64,000 bases of DNA from Malacoraja senta. Lineage: Eukaryota. The stretch covers positions 12,774,001-12,838,000 of the forward strand of contig CM075990.1 in the NCBI GenBank assembly GCA_038087875.1, given 5' to 3'. The position numbers were made by a program, and so were the translations under genes. Shown one piece after another: positions 13,189 to 24,778 of the stretch (the stretch's first letter is position 1; the number at the start of each line of letters is the position of its first letter). The notes below the pieces were generated by a model that searched no databases, was not told the DNA's origin, and worked only from the letters and a program-made list of their open reading frames with translations.

Positions 13189-15629
13189 CTGCACAGTGAC
13201 AATATAAAAAAAGGAAGTGCAAATCAGTTTTGAGAACAGCGCTAGTACAAGAATGTTAACTTAGCTCAGATGGGGTGGGGTCAGCACTACCAATACTGGT
13301 CACCTCCTCCACAGGCATTTTAGTGCAAACTCAATCTTGGCTTAGAGGTGAATATCTTGTTTCTCCGTCCAATGCTCTGGGAATTAGTTAGCATTATCCA
13401 TGTTACATTACCTAGAAATTTAAATGTCATACTCCAATGGAAGACGTTTATCAAGAAAGAAAGAAAGAAAAAAAATCAGGGATGCTAACTCCAAGTACTT
13501 TGCATCAGACACTTCAACCATCAAGCTACCCATAACCTTTGACAAATCCCATGTAACATTCAGGCCAAGTAGACAAATGAAAACTACATGATCTAATTAT
13601 TTTTTTTTTGTAGAAGTTGGGATGGTAGAAATTTTGTATATTGTGATTTTGAGCAACAGCAGTAGTTGTTAGCCTAACATTATTTCTTCATCATATTAAA
13701 ATACAAACATACCATAATCGTTCAAGAGCTGGAAAAGAGATTCCAAGACCTGTGTACTTAAAAGAACAACACAAACCCTTATGTCATGCAAGCAATTCCA
13801 AATAATACATGCACACTCTACCCAACTTCTGTGAATAGCATTGTGAAATATCTTCCCCTCATTGTCCTGGATTTTACTCAGTTCTAACTGTGCTTTCATG
13901 TTGTGCCTTGCTCTTAAGGCCAAGGAAGACAGACTATGTGTACCCGGTTCATTCATCACACTGGTTCCAATCAAAAAAAGGTACTTGGATTACCAAACAC
14001 ATTATGATTAAAGCAAACTATGAATTAAAAAAAATGGTTTCAAGATGGTCAAGGAAAGCAGAAATTACTAAGGCAAGTGAAAACAGTCAGAAATGTCTTT
14101 TGATTGCAATTTCGGTTGGATAAGAGATAATTCACACACCAAAGAAAGAGATCACTACTTCCAGATCTATAAAACAATGGTTAAATAATCAAATTGAAAT
14201 GGTACCAGCATTATTAGCCTCCAAGACGCCATTTTAGTTGAGAGCAGGTTTAATAGAGTACAAAGCCCTGGATTCAAAGAGTTATAACCACCATTTGACC
14301 AGCAACTGGTGGGGTTATTGAGTCATGAAACTTATATGTCTTCTTGGCTTGAACATGCCAAGAAAAAAATCTCAAGTACTCCAAATTGTTGCTTCAATTG
14401 CTTTCAATTAAAAATATTTTTTTATAATCAGAGTTCAGTCTTTGTCTTGTATTAAATTGTATTACCTGATCTGGACACAGAAGAGACGGGAAGAGTTTTG
14501 GTTTGAATGAAATTAATATAAATTTCATTAAACAAGACGAATAGTGAAGCTAAAAAAAGGGAATTGGAATGCAACATACAAAGCTCTGCAATGTCCCAAA
14601 TACCTTTCAAAATAGTTTTGTTATAAGGTTATAAATGTTATTCACTGTTGCATATGAGAAAATAACAAACATAGTTAATGGTGCAAAGTTGGCCAGAAAC
14701 CTCAACTGACAAAGATTCCATGCATTGGCTTGCAACAGACATCATGGTAATTTAAACAATGTCCTAGGCCAAAATGATAATCAACAGCCCATGCAATTTT
14801 CAATGGTAATAATTTCCTTCATGGATGCCAATAATATAGTTTAGTTTATAGGAATGATGCAAGAGCCAACATTACAACATAATTGGAGCAAGTATACCAT
14901 GAAAGAAAACCCATCTTTTGCTCCAGGTTTAGTAAAGGAGCCAGGAATGCTATTATTCATTACAACCTTGCAAACACCATTGCACAAATTATCAATTGTC
15001 AAACTTCACTGCACAAATATCTGCTCACTTATCAACCTGCCCAGACGAACATGTCCTGGCCCTGTGCCCGGCTGCATATTAAATAATTATGTCACTGTGC
15101 TCCTCCTCCAACTAATTTCTAAATCATTGTCTTGTCAACACCATCCAAAAATTCTTGCAAGCCAACTTACACACATATCCCTCCTAACTGCTTACTGTAC
15201 CTCAACTTTCTGCATTTCACAAACCAGTAACATTCCATTCCACACCAATATTTAAAAAGCTTTTCTATTCTTTCTCCATGTGAACAACTTCTCATGGAAC
15301 TGGTGCCCATTATTGACGATTGTCTGCTACAACTGAGTAAAGGATTTGCTCCAACCACCTAGCAGTCACTCCATGAAACAAGTTTTTTTCAACTAAAAGC
15401 TATTTTGAACAGCTAAAAATGTATTCTTGTTACTGCAAATTAAAAAACACTTTAAAAAAATTGTTACATTGTTTAACAGAGTATCATTCCACAAATGTCC
15501 ATCGAAGCAATTGCTTGTCAATTTCAACGATCCTCTCGCAGTGTAACTAACAGCCTGTGTTCTTAGAGATAATGGTGTCTGATTACTGTGGGGACGCTCC
15601 CTACAACTTAACCAAAATCTGGTACAAAA

Positions 15630-16040
15630 GAGTGTAAGAAGGAACTGCAGATGCAGATTTACACCTAAGATAGACATAAAATGCACTGAGTAACTCAGTG
15701 GGTCAGACATCTCTGGAGAAAAGGAATAAATAGGTGACGTTTCCAATCAAGACCATTCTTCAGACTGAGAATCAGGAGAGAGGGAAACGAGATATGAAAA
15801 GGAACATAGAATAAATAAATTAATGAAAGGTATGCAAAGGGGCAAATCAAAGCTACCAATGATGATCAAGAGAAGATGGGAGCCCACAATGGTCCATTTT
15901 TGTCTGTGGAGAAGGTGATAACGAGTGATACAAACTGAAACTCGGCAGGATGACAGTTAAACTAGTACAAAGACTAGGGTGGGGGAGGGACAGAGAGAGG
16001 GGATTGAAGGGTTACTTGAAGTTAGAGAAATCAATATTTC
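15630..16040 (-). mobile_element. Penelope-like element terminal-repeat fragment with hammerhead motif
   Basis: Same terminal sequence as the other PLE copies; CTGAAGA...GAAACGTC on the minus strand at about 15735-15766. Confidence 0.75.
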
Positions 16041-16479
16041 ATTAAAGATGAATAGTGAAGTTCAAAAAGGAAAATGGAATGCAACTCAGCCATATAGTCA
16101 ATCTTTGGGAAGTACAGATATCAGGATAGGCCAGAATCTCTCCTTTTGTCTGAGCCGACTTCACTTTCCTGGCATAAAGACAACTTAACTGAGAACTTCC
16201 AGAACCAATTCTTGTGCATTTCCAGGCATAGCTGTCAACATTAATACATAACCTTGAGTTTGCAAAGAGTTTTTTGAAGACAGCAAGGGATCAGGCACTA
16301 AGTTGGCACTAAGCATCCTGCCAACTCATCATTCTCCAAACAAAACCCTCATAGAAAAGTAGTGAAGAGCAGTGCAACTAACCGAATTTCTCTTCAGCCA
16401 AATAAGGAATGCAGAGCAAAAGTTATAAAATTGTGCGTAATGTTTTGTTTTTAGACTAGTTGAAATCACTCAGGCCACC

Positions 16480-17288
16480 CAACAGGCAATTTGCCTCACC
16501 TTCCACCCCATCAGCCGTCGCATACATCATATAATCTGCCAACACTTTTGCCACCTCCAATGGGATCCCACTACTGGCCACATCTTCCCATCTCCACCTT
16601 TTTCTGCTTTCCTTAGAGACCGTTCCTTCCCCAACTCCCTGTTCAACTCGTCCCTTCCCACCCAAACCACCCCCTCCCCAGGTACTTTCCCCTGCAACCA
16701 CACGAGATGCAACACTTGTCCATTTACCTCCCTCCCGACTGCACCCAAGGACCCCAACAGTCTTTTCAGGTGAGGCAGAGGTTCACTTGCATGTCCTCCA
16801 ACCTCATCTACCGAGACCAAGCACTGGCTCGGCGATAGTTTCCCTGAACACCCCCACTCAATCCGCCTTAACCTACCTGATCTCCCGGTTGCTCAGCACA
16901 TAACTCTCCCTCCCATTCCCAATCTGACCTTTCTGTCCTGGGCCTCCTCCATTGTCAGAGTTAGGCCCAGCGCAAATTGGAGGAAAAGCACCTCATATTT
17001 TGTTTGGGTACGCTTACACCCCAGCGGTATGAACATTGACTTCTCTAACTTCAAATAGCCCTTGCTTTCCCCTCCATCCCCTCCCCCTTCCCAGTTCTCC
17101 CACCAGTCTTACCATCTCCGACTACATTCTATCTCTGTCCCGCCCACTCCCCGGCATTAGTCTGAAGGGTCTCGACGCGAAACGTCACGCATTCCTTCTC
17201 TCCTGAGATGCTGCCTGTCCCGCTGAGTTACTCCAGCATTTGTGTCTACCTTCGATTTAAACCAGCATCCGCAGTTCTTTCCTACACA
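16480..17288 (+). mobile_element. Penelope-like retroelement 3' fragment (decayed GIY-YIG endonuclease plus terminal repeat)
   Basis: Homologous to the GIY-YIG copy at 20121-20420, with an internal deletion. Confidence 0.85.
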
Positions 17289-19885
17289 TCCTAGGCAATA
17301 GATTGTTGTTTATTGATGTCAGGAGTGACACTGTAGGTACTTCCCATACTCATGTAAAATATAGATTCTTATTCTAGTTCAAAACCTATGAGATAGAGTC
17401 ATGAACCAGTCAGATCAACATATAGGTTTCCAGACCTGTTTTTTGCATTTTTCCACCCAATATAAAAGATGCAGTAAAGATGAAGGTAAAGAAAATCCCT
17501 GTATCCATCAACCTATTATTGCAGCATTATACTTGTACCAAGCATTGTAGTGTGACAAAAGATAAAATATTGCAATTACAAGCAAATTATTATAAGCAAA
17601 TCCGTGCAGAGATCTCAGATACTAAGCATGATTTATTCGCAGTCACCTGAAGCAATACTCCATACTAGCTATTGCAGGTAATTTGAATTAAAAGGTAAAA
17701 GAAAGGCTTGGTTTTCCCAGCATTAGTTGAGGATTCCAACAAGTTCCACTCTAAACTGGATGCTCAACTTCATGACCAACAGTCAGTGATGATAGGCGAC
17801 AAATCATCTTCTACAATAATCCTCAACACTGGTGCCCCGCAAGGATGCGTACAATAATAAAACTGAAACATAAAGAACTGCAGATACTGATTCAGTATCT
17901 GAAAGAGGTACTGAAAGCACAATAATAAAGCCAATTCCTGCAATACCTCACGTATACCATCATGGATTTCACTGTATTTGGAAAGAGGTTCATACCTGAA
18001 ACACACCCAATTATTTATAAACCACTAGCATTATCCTTGCAGTCGTTCTTTCCACTATAACCAAAATCCATTACAAAGAGGTTCATAATAACAAGGGTAG
18101 ACTCTACTACAAACTCAAATAGTCCATTCTTTATCTGCGGCTAAATGTTGAAATGACCCTTGTGGACAATTCCACCCTGGGAAAAAAGTTTTAACTTTCT
18201 ACCCTCTCTGTGCCTTTTATAATTTATTTTGCATATAAAATGTATGAGTGGCCTAGTCAGAGCTTTTTCCCGGGGTGGAAATAAATCTATACGGTGAGAG
18301 GGGGAAAGTATAAAGGAGATGCGCGGGTCAAGGTTTTTTTCACACGGAGATTGGTGGGTACCTAGAATGCATTGCCATGGGTGGTGGTGGAGGCAGATAC
18401 GATAGTGGCATTTAAGAGCTTTTAGATAGGCGTGTGGAAGTCTGGGGAATAGAGGAATATGGATGATGTACAGGCAGATGAAGTCAGTTTAACTTGGCAT
18501 CATGTTCGGCACAAACATTGTGGACAAAGGGCCCATTACTGTGCTGTACTGTTCTATGTGAACTCATCAAATAACTTATAGCTCTCACAGAAGCAGTCCA
18601 GACAAAATTAAAAATGTCTGCAAGAAACTTCTCACCTACTCCAACAGATGCTAGCAATAGCAGAATTGCCACTGAAATAAAAACTAGGCAGTTTTAAGAG
18701 AATAATTAAATAGACCGTTTAATGAGGTGTTTAACACGGCATTGAATTAGGAAGCAAACGTGTACTGTTAATAGAGACCTAGTAACAAAGGTGGAAACAG
18801 CAATGGAAAATTATGATTGCCCAGCATATTACTGGTAAAGAAAAATAGGATGAGTAGGGTCAGTTGGCACTTTGAGTGTGTTCTGCCATTCATCGAGACT
18901 ATGGCTGTCCATCTTGCTATAGACTAATTTCCTCAACCATTACCTCGATTCCCTTAGTCATTTTGTCAAGATTTAGACAATTCCCTTAGTCAAGATTGTT
19001 TTCTGAATAATAAGCCTCCACATTCTTCCAGGGTAGAGAATTCATAAGATTTGCCACTCTGCCTGAAGCAATTTCTCACTTTTAAATGGTTCTGCCCTTA
19101 TTCCGAGACACAGATCCAAACTATAGCTCTGGCCCTCAAACCTAATTTAATATCTAACCCGGAAATATAACTGATCTCCTCAGCCAGCCTGATAATTATG
19201 AGTGGTTGGGACTCAAGCACTGATCCCAACTAATCAACAATCCTGATTATGTGGCAGCCTATTTTAGAATGGTTTGCTGAAAAACAAAGCAAAACCAACA
19301 ATTGTGTCCTTGATTAAATCTTTAAAAGGCCATTCATACTGGCGGCAAAGAAACCGGGATTGTAATAAATCCCAAGGCTTTAAATCATGCACACGTCAAT
19401 TGGTCAATTAATGCACAATGACACCAAAAAAATATTTCCACCCTAAAAAAAAAATCAAGTCTAGTAACTTAAATCGTCCTAGTGAAACAGTAGCAAAAAC
19501 AACTGTTTTCAAAGACAAAAAGCAAGTTCCCAAGCGCCATTGGTCAGAGTACCAAAGTTTTGCAACCTACAACTTAGACATCCTGAGTTAAGGCAGTAAG
19601 ACCAAAATAAGGCACCAAATTAGAGTACTTCCTGAAAAGACTGAACTAAGGCACAAAGTTATTCTACCTTAAAAAGTATGAGATGGCAAACACTGGATGT
19701 ACAACTTCATTAGCACCGAGTATGGAAATAAGAAACAAAGTTCAAAATTAAATTGGCCCATTAAACTGCAAATCTCTCCCCAAATGATTTCCATCCAAAG
19801 GAACTAATGAATCCTCTAATATGCCAGATAGCTACAAAAAAACATGCAGGCAACAGCTAGAGCAATCAAATAGTCAAAATCATCA

Positions 19886-20497
19886 GGTACACAAAAATGC
19901 TGGAGAAACTCAGCGGGTGCAGCAGCATCTATGGAGCGAAGGAAATAGGTAACGTTTCGGGCCGAAACCCTTCTTCAGACTGATAGGGGGTGGGGAGAAG
20001 AAAGGAAAAAAGGAAAAGGCGGAGGAGGAGCCCGAGGGCTGGGGGAGGGGAGGAGACAACCAGATGGCTGATGAAGGGGAGGGGACAGCCAGGGCTAGCA
20101 GAATTGGGAGAATTCAACGTTCAGGCCACCAGGATGTAGACTGCCCAAGCGGAATATGAGGTACATTTCCTCCAATTTACGGTGTTGCTCGCTGTGGCCA
20201 TGGAGGAGACCCAGGACAGAGAGGTCAGATACGGAATGGAGGGGGAGTTGAAGTGCTGAGCCACCGGGAGTTCAGGTTGGTTATTGCGGACCGACCGGAG
20301 GTGTTCGGCGAAACGATCGCCAAGCCTCCGCTTGGTCTCACCGATGTAGATCAGCTGGCATCTAGAGCAGCGAATGCAATAGATGAGGTTGGAGGAGATG
20401 CAGGTGAACCTCTGTCGCACCTGGAACGACTGCTTGCGTCCTTGAATGGAGTGGAGGGGGGAAGTGAAGGGACAAGTGTTGCATCTCTTGCGGTTGC
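19886..20497 (-). mobile_element. Penelope-like retroelement 3' fragment with GIY-YIG endonuclease
   Basis: NLIYCIRCSRCQLIYIGETKRRLGDRFAEH; TSD AATCATCA at 19878-19885 and 20498-20505. Confidence 0.92.
19947..19983 (-). ncRNA. Minimal type-I hammerhead ribozyme motif, sense to the hnRNP pre-mRNA
   Basis: Minus strand reads TCAGT-CTGAAGA-AGGGTTTCGGCCC-GAAA-CGTTACCT. Confidence 0.72.
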
Positions 20498-22240
20498 AAT
20501 CATCATGTGGGTTGGGTGCATCAGAACATCAAAAGACTAAACTGGGATTAAATCATGATTATGGTGGAATTAATGCCCTAGAGATTGCTTAATACTTAAG
20601 GAATCAAAAAGCATTTGTACAAATTCTCCCATAGATAAGCTTAACAGTGCATTTATGGTTTTTGTTTCCAACTATGGTGCACAGTAATAAGAAGAAAATC
20701 TAGTGTGATGAGTTATGTTCAGAGATTTTTTATGATATGGCATATAAAGAAAACTCCTAGATTAAAAAGTAATCATCCATTTTAAAGAAACCCTCAAAGA
20801 TTTTAGGAGATGCTTATTTGCTGGCCCTGCAAGCGGATTTGGAGAACTTTACAAATATAGGGCTGTGCTACTTCTTACAGTGCTCTGAGATGTCTGCTGC
20901 ATGGCTCCAGAGCCAGGTCAAGAACTAGAAACACACATTTTTCCCTCAGGCTATGTTGACACACTGAAGATAATGATGAATTTTATCAGCATGAATGCCT
21001 GCCTTTGACGAGAGATGGTTCCTGGGATATCAGAAGTGCAACGTGTTTTCTGGGGTCTCTTTATAGCCCTTTAACATTGGACATCGTTGAGGCAAGTTAC
21101 CGAATGAAGTAAATATAAAAGTGCAGAGAATAAGATAACCATTACAAAAAAAAAACACTAAAACTGGCAGGGATTACATTATAAAAACAGCTATCCAACA
21201 TGGTTCCAAAAAAAAATGTAGACCTTTGTCGAAAGTCACTTCAATATCCCTGCTACTAGAGAATGTAAGCAGCTTCGATCAGGGTTCAACTGCACATTCA
21301 TTTCACTGCCAACCTCAGACCAGAGCAGAAGGACAAAACTATTTGCAGTGCAAATTCCAAGGAATAAAAAAATATTTATATTTTTCTACATTATTGTAAA
21401 TTTTCATCATCCATGCACACTTCTATGGAACACAAAATGTATCAATATTTACAAGAAGAATAAATACTGAACAATCACTATTTTGGACTCACATTTCAAT
21501 CACATTTGTCTAACGATAGAAAAAAACCTATGAAACCTAGCCTGGTGAAAAATCAGAATTAATAAAAAGCTGAAGATGCTGGAAATCAGATTTATAAATA
21601 GAAAATGCTGGAAATGTCAGCATGTCAGGTAGAACCTGTGAAAAGAGATATTGTGCGACGTGCTTGGCGTTTGAGCATTTTCTCTTTAAGTTCAGCTTTG
21701 AAGGCCTTGGATCAACTCATAACATTTTCACTTAAGGAACTAGCATGTCCAAGTCCTTCTCCAGAAGTCCAAACACAAATATCTAGGGTGACATTTAAGT
21801 TTGGTACTGAGGGAGTAAGTACCGTGTGGTCGGAGACAACTTAAAAGTTGTTAAACCAAGGCATTGGTTGCAGTTCTAGTTGAATGATCAGTGCCACAAT
21901 ATCACTGATACAACAGTGGGGTGATTAACAACAACTAACTAGCAACAGAGGCAGGTAGACAAAAATGCTGGAGAAATTCAGCGGGTGAGGCAGCATCTAT
22001 GGAGCGAAGGAAATAGGCAACGTTTCAGGCCGAAAGCCTTCTTCATTCAGGACCAATAATCTGACATATAATCTTAAATTTCCACACAGGCAGCTCTGCA
22101 ACTAAATGAATCTGAATTTTCAAAAATCTGGTATAATTGCCTGTAAACATAAACCCACTAGATGGTCAGATCATACCCCATTATTCACATGTCCATCTGA
22201 AAAGGAAATCTGCCAACCTTACCTGGTACCTGCATTTCTC

Positions 22241-22530
22241 AGGAAATGCACCTCATATTCCGCTTGGGCAGTCTACATCCTGGTGGCCTGAACGTTGAAT
22301 TCTCCCAATTCTGCTAGCCCTGGCTGTCCCCTCCCCTTCATCAGCCATCTGGTTGTCTCCGCCCCTCCCCCAACCCTCGGGCTCCTCCTTTTCCTCCTTT
22401 TCCTTTTTTCCTTTCTTCTCCCCACCCCCTATCAGTCTGAGGAAGGGTTTCGGCCCGAAACGTTACCTATTTCCTTCGCTCCATAGATGCTGCTGCACCC
22501 GCTGAGTTTCTCCAGCATTTTTGTGTACCT
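22241..22530 (+). mobile_element. Penelope-like element 3' fragment, near-identical inverted copy of about 19885-20170
   Basis: Direct sequence comparison; the ORF-track peptides MNSPNSASPGCPLPF... are almost identical. Confidence 0.9.
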
Positions 22531-22689
22531 GGTACAGACCATGTCTGACTCTATCCACCCGAATATTGTCAACTTTTAACAGCCATCTCATTTCAAGGTA
22601 ATTAGAAAGGGGCAATATTCACAAGAAAGGGAGGAGTTCAAGAGAATACTGGATATTATTCCCCATCCAACATCAAAAACATGATCACA

Positions 22690-23560
22690 AAATATAGAAT
22701 GGTACAGCACAGGAATTGGCCCATTGACCCAATGTTTGTGCCGAACATGTTTAGCTGAACTGATCTCATCGGCCTGCAAGTGATCCATATCCCTCCATTC
22801 CCTGCAAATCCATGTGCCTAACTAAACATTTCTTAAACGCCACCATCACATCTGCCTCCTTCACCACCTCGGCAATGCATTCCAAGCCCCCAAAAAACAC
22901 CCTGCACATCTCCATTATATTTCCCCCTCATCTTATAGCTATGTCCTCTAATGTTGGGCATTTCCACCATGGGGAAAAATGTTCTGACTGTCTATCCTAT
23001 CTATGCCTCTCATAATTTTGTATACTATCAAGTCTCCCCTCAACATCTGACTTTCCAGAGAAAACAATCCAAATCTATCTAACCTCTCCCTGTAGCTGAA
23101 ACCCTCTAATCCTGATAGCATCCTGGTAAACCACCTCTGCACCCTCTTCAAATCTTTCACATTGTTCCTGTCATGGGGCAACCAGATCTGCACACAATTA
23201 CCAAATGTGGTCAAACCAAAGTCTTAAAAAGCTGCATCAAGACTTCCCGACTCTTGTATTCAATGCTCCTAACAATGAAGGCAAGCATACCATATACCCT
23301 CTTTACCACTATCTACTTGGACTGCCATCTCTAGTGAGCTATGAACTTTGATTCCAAGATCCCTCTGCACATTAATGTTGTTACGGTCTTGCCATTAACC
23401 GTATACTGCCTCCTTACATTCAGGCTCTCAAAATGCAACAACTCACACTTGCTCAGGTTAAACCTCATCTGCTATTTTTCCACCCATTTCTGCAGCTTAT
23501 CTATATCCTGCTTTATCTTCTGACAGCCTTCCTCACTGTCTGCAACTCTCCAATATTGGT
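22690..23560 (-). mobile_element. CR1 LINE 3' fragment
   Basis: CVQIWLP...LKRVQRWFTRMLSGLEGFSYRERLDRFGLFSLE. Confidence 0.85.
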
Positions 23561-24455
23561 ACTGTCAGCAATCTTAAATCAAGCTGCTGATTTTCACATT
23601 ATGCAATGCCCATGGACAAAAAAAATGCTATTATGTGTCTATGTTATCCTGCACTACAAATACTTTTCTTCAGCTGCAAAATATTTTGGAAACAATAGAA
23701 GCCTCTGCCATATATTGTGCAGACCAGTTTAAAAAAAATCAAGGCCATGGAAGTTCAAAACATTTTTTGTTCTAAATGTTCATTATGTGATCATTTGTCA
23801 GCACAGCATCTATTGCACCCCAGCACGTTGTTACGCCATTTCAGTTGAATCAACAACATTGCTGTAAATCAGATGTCGTGAAAGATCATGAATTTGAATC
23901 TCAGTGTCCTATCTGGGACATGACAATAAAACACTCTGGACTCTTGAATTTGATCGTCAGTATTGTTTACCTCACCACCGATGTTGATTGAGCTGATGAG
24001 TATTTCCAGCGTTTTATTTGAAATGAATATTTTGCACAAAGATCAATGAATGGGCCGTGAGGGGACGTGAGTAATAAGGGCACTTTGAAGAAGGGTCTCG
24101 ACCTATTCCTTTTCTCCAGAGATACTGCCTGTCCCGCTGAGTTACTCCAGCTTTTTGTGTCTATCTTCAGAGCATTTTCAATAACAGGGTCAGGATGAGT
24201 ATTTAATTTCACATAGTTAATTCAAAGTAGACTACCTTTGTTGCTTTGCTTGATCAGGACCCTGGTCTCTGGTGGTTAGATTCCCCTGTCATTAAGCCGC
24301 TGAGGCAATAAGGTGGAGAACATTTAATCTCAGTACAAACTGGCTCACCAGACCCTCAATGAGCTCCACAAAGGGGGGTCACCCGCGGGTCAGCCCAGGA
24401 CTAGGCCCCAGCGCCCCAAACACAAGCCCCGGCCTCTGCTCCCTCCCGCACTCAC

Positions 24456-24775
24456 CCCTCGTCCTCCTCGTTCTTGCTGGCGTTGATCTTCGAGCCTTCC
24501 ATCTCCTTGTTGGTCGGCGGCTGTAGCTGCTGCGACGACGGCACCGCCTGGCTCCCGTCGCCCGCCCGCCCCGAGGCCTCGTGGCCAGGCCCGCCGCCGA
24601 CACCGACGCCGCCGCCGCCGCCACCCACGCCTTTGGACGCATCGGCTTTCGAGTCCGTCGCGTTGCCGAAAGCCTCGTTGTCTACCGGGCCGCCGAAACT
24701 GTAAAAGGCGGCGTCGAAACCGTCGGGACCCGCCCCGGCGCTGCCGTTTTCTGTGAACTGAGCCGAGTCCGCCAT
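24456..24775 (-). CDS. hnRNP D/DL/AB-family protein, coding exon 1 (MADSAQFTENG...EGSKINASKNEEDEG)
   Basis: ATG in AAGATGGCGG context inside a CpG island. Ends in the family motif KINASKNEED, then donor GG|GTGAG; 320 nt, phase 2. Confidence 0.93.
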
Positions 24776-24778
24776 CTT
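24769..24778 (-). promoter_or_regulatory. YY1 consensus site overlapping the start codon
   Basis: AAGATGGCGG on the minus strand matches the YY1 motif AANATGGCG. Confidence 0.6.

Noticed and set aside
13189..24455. HNRNPD-type 57-nt alternative exon 2
   Set aside because: No matching peptide found by eye, and exon 1 joins the RRM1 exon in phase. A diverged small exon cannot be fully excluded.
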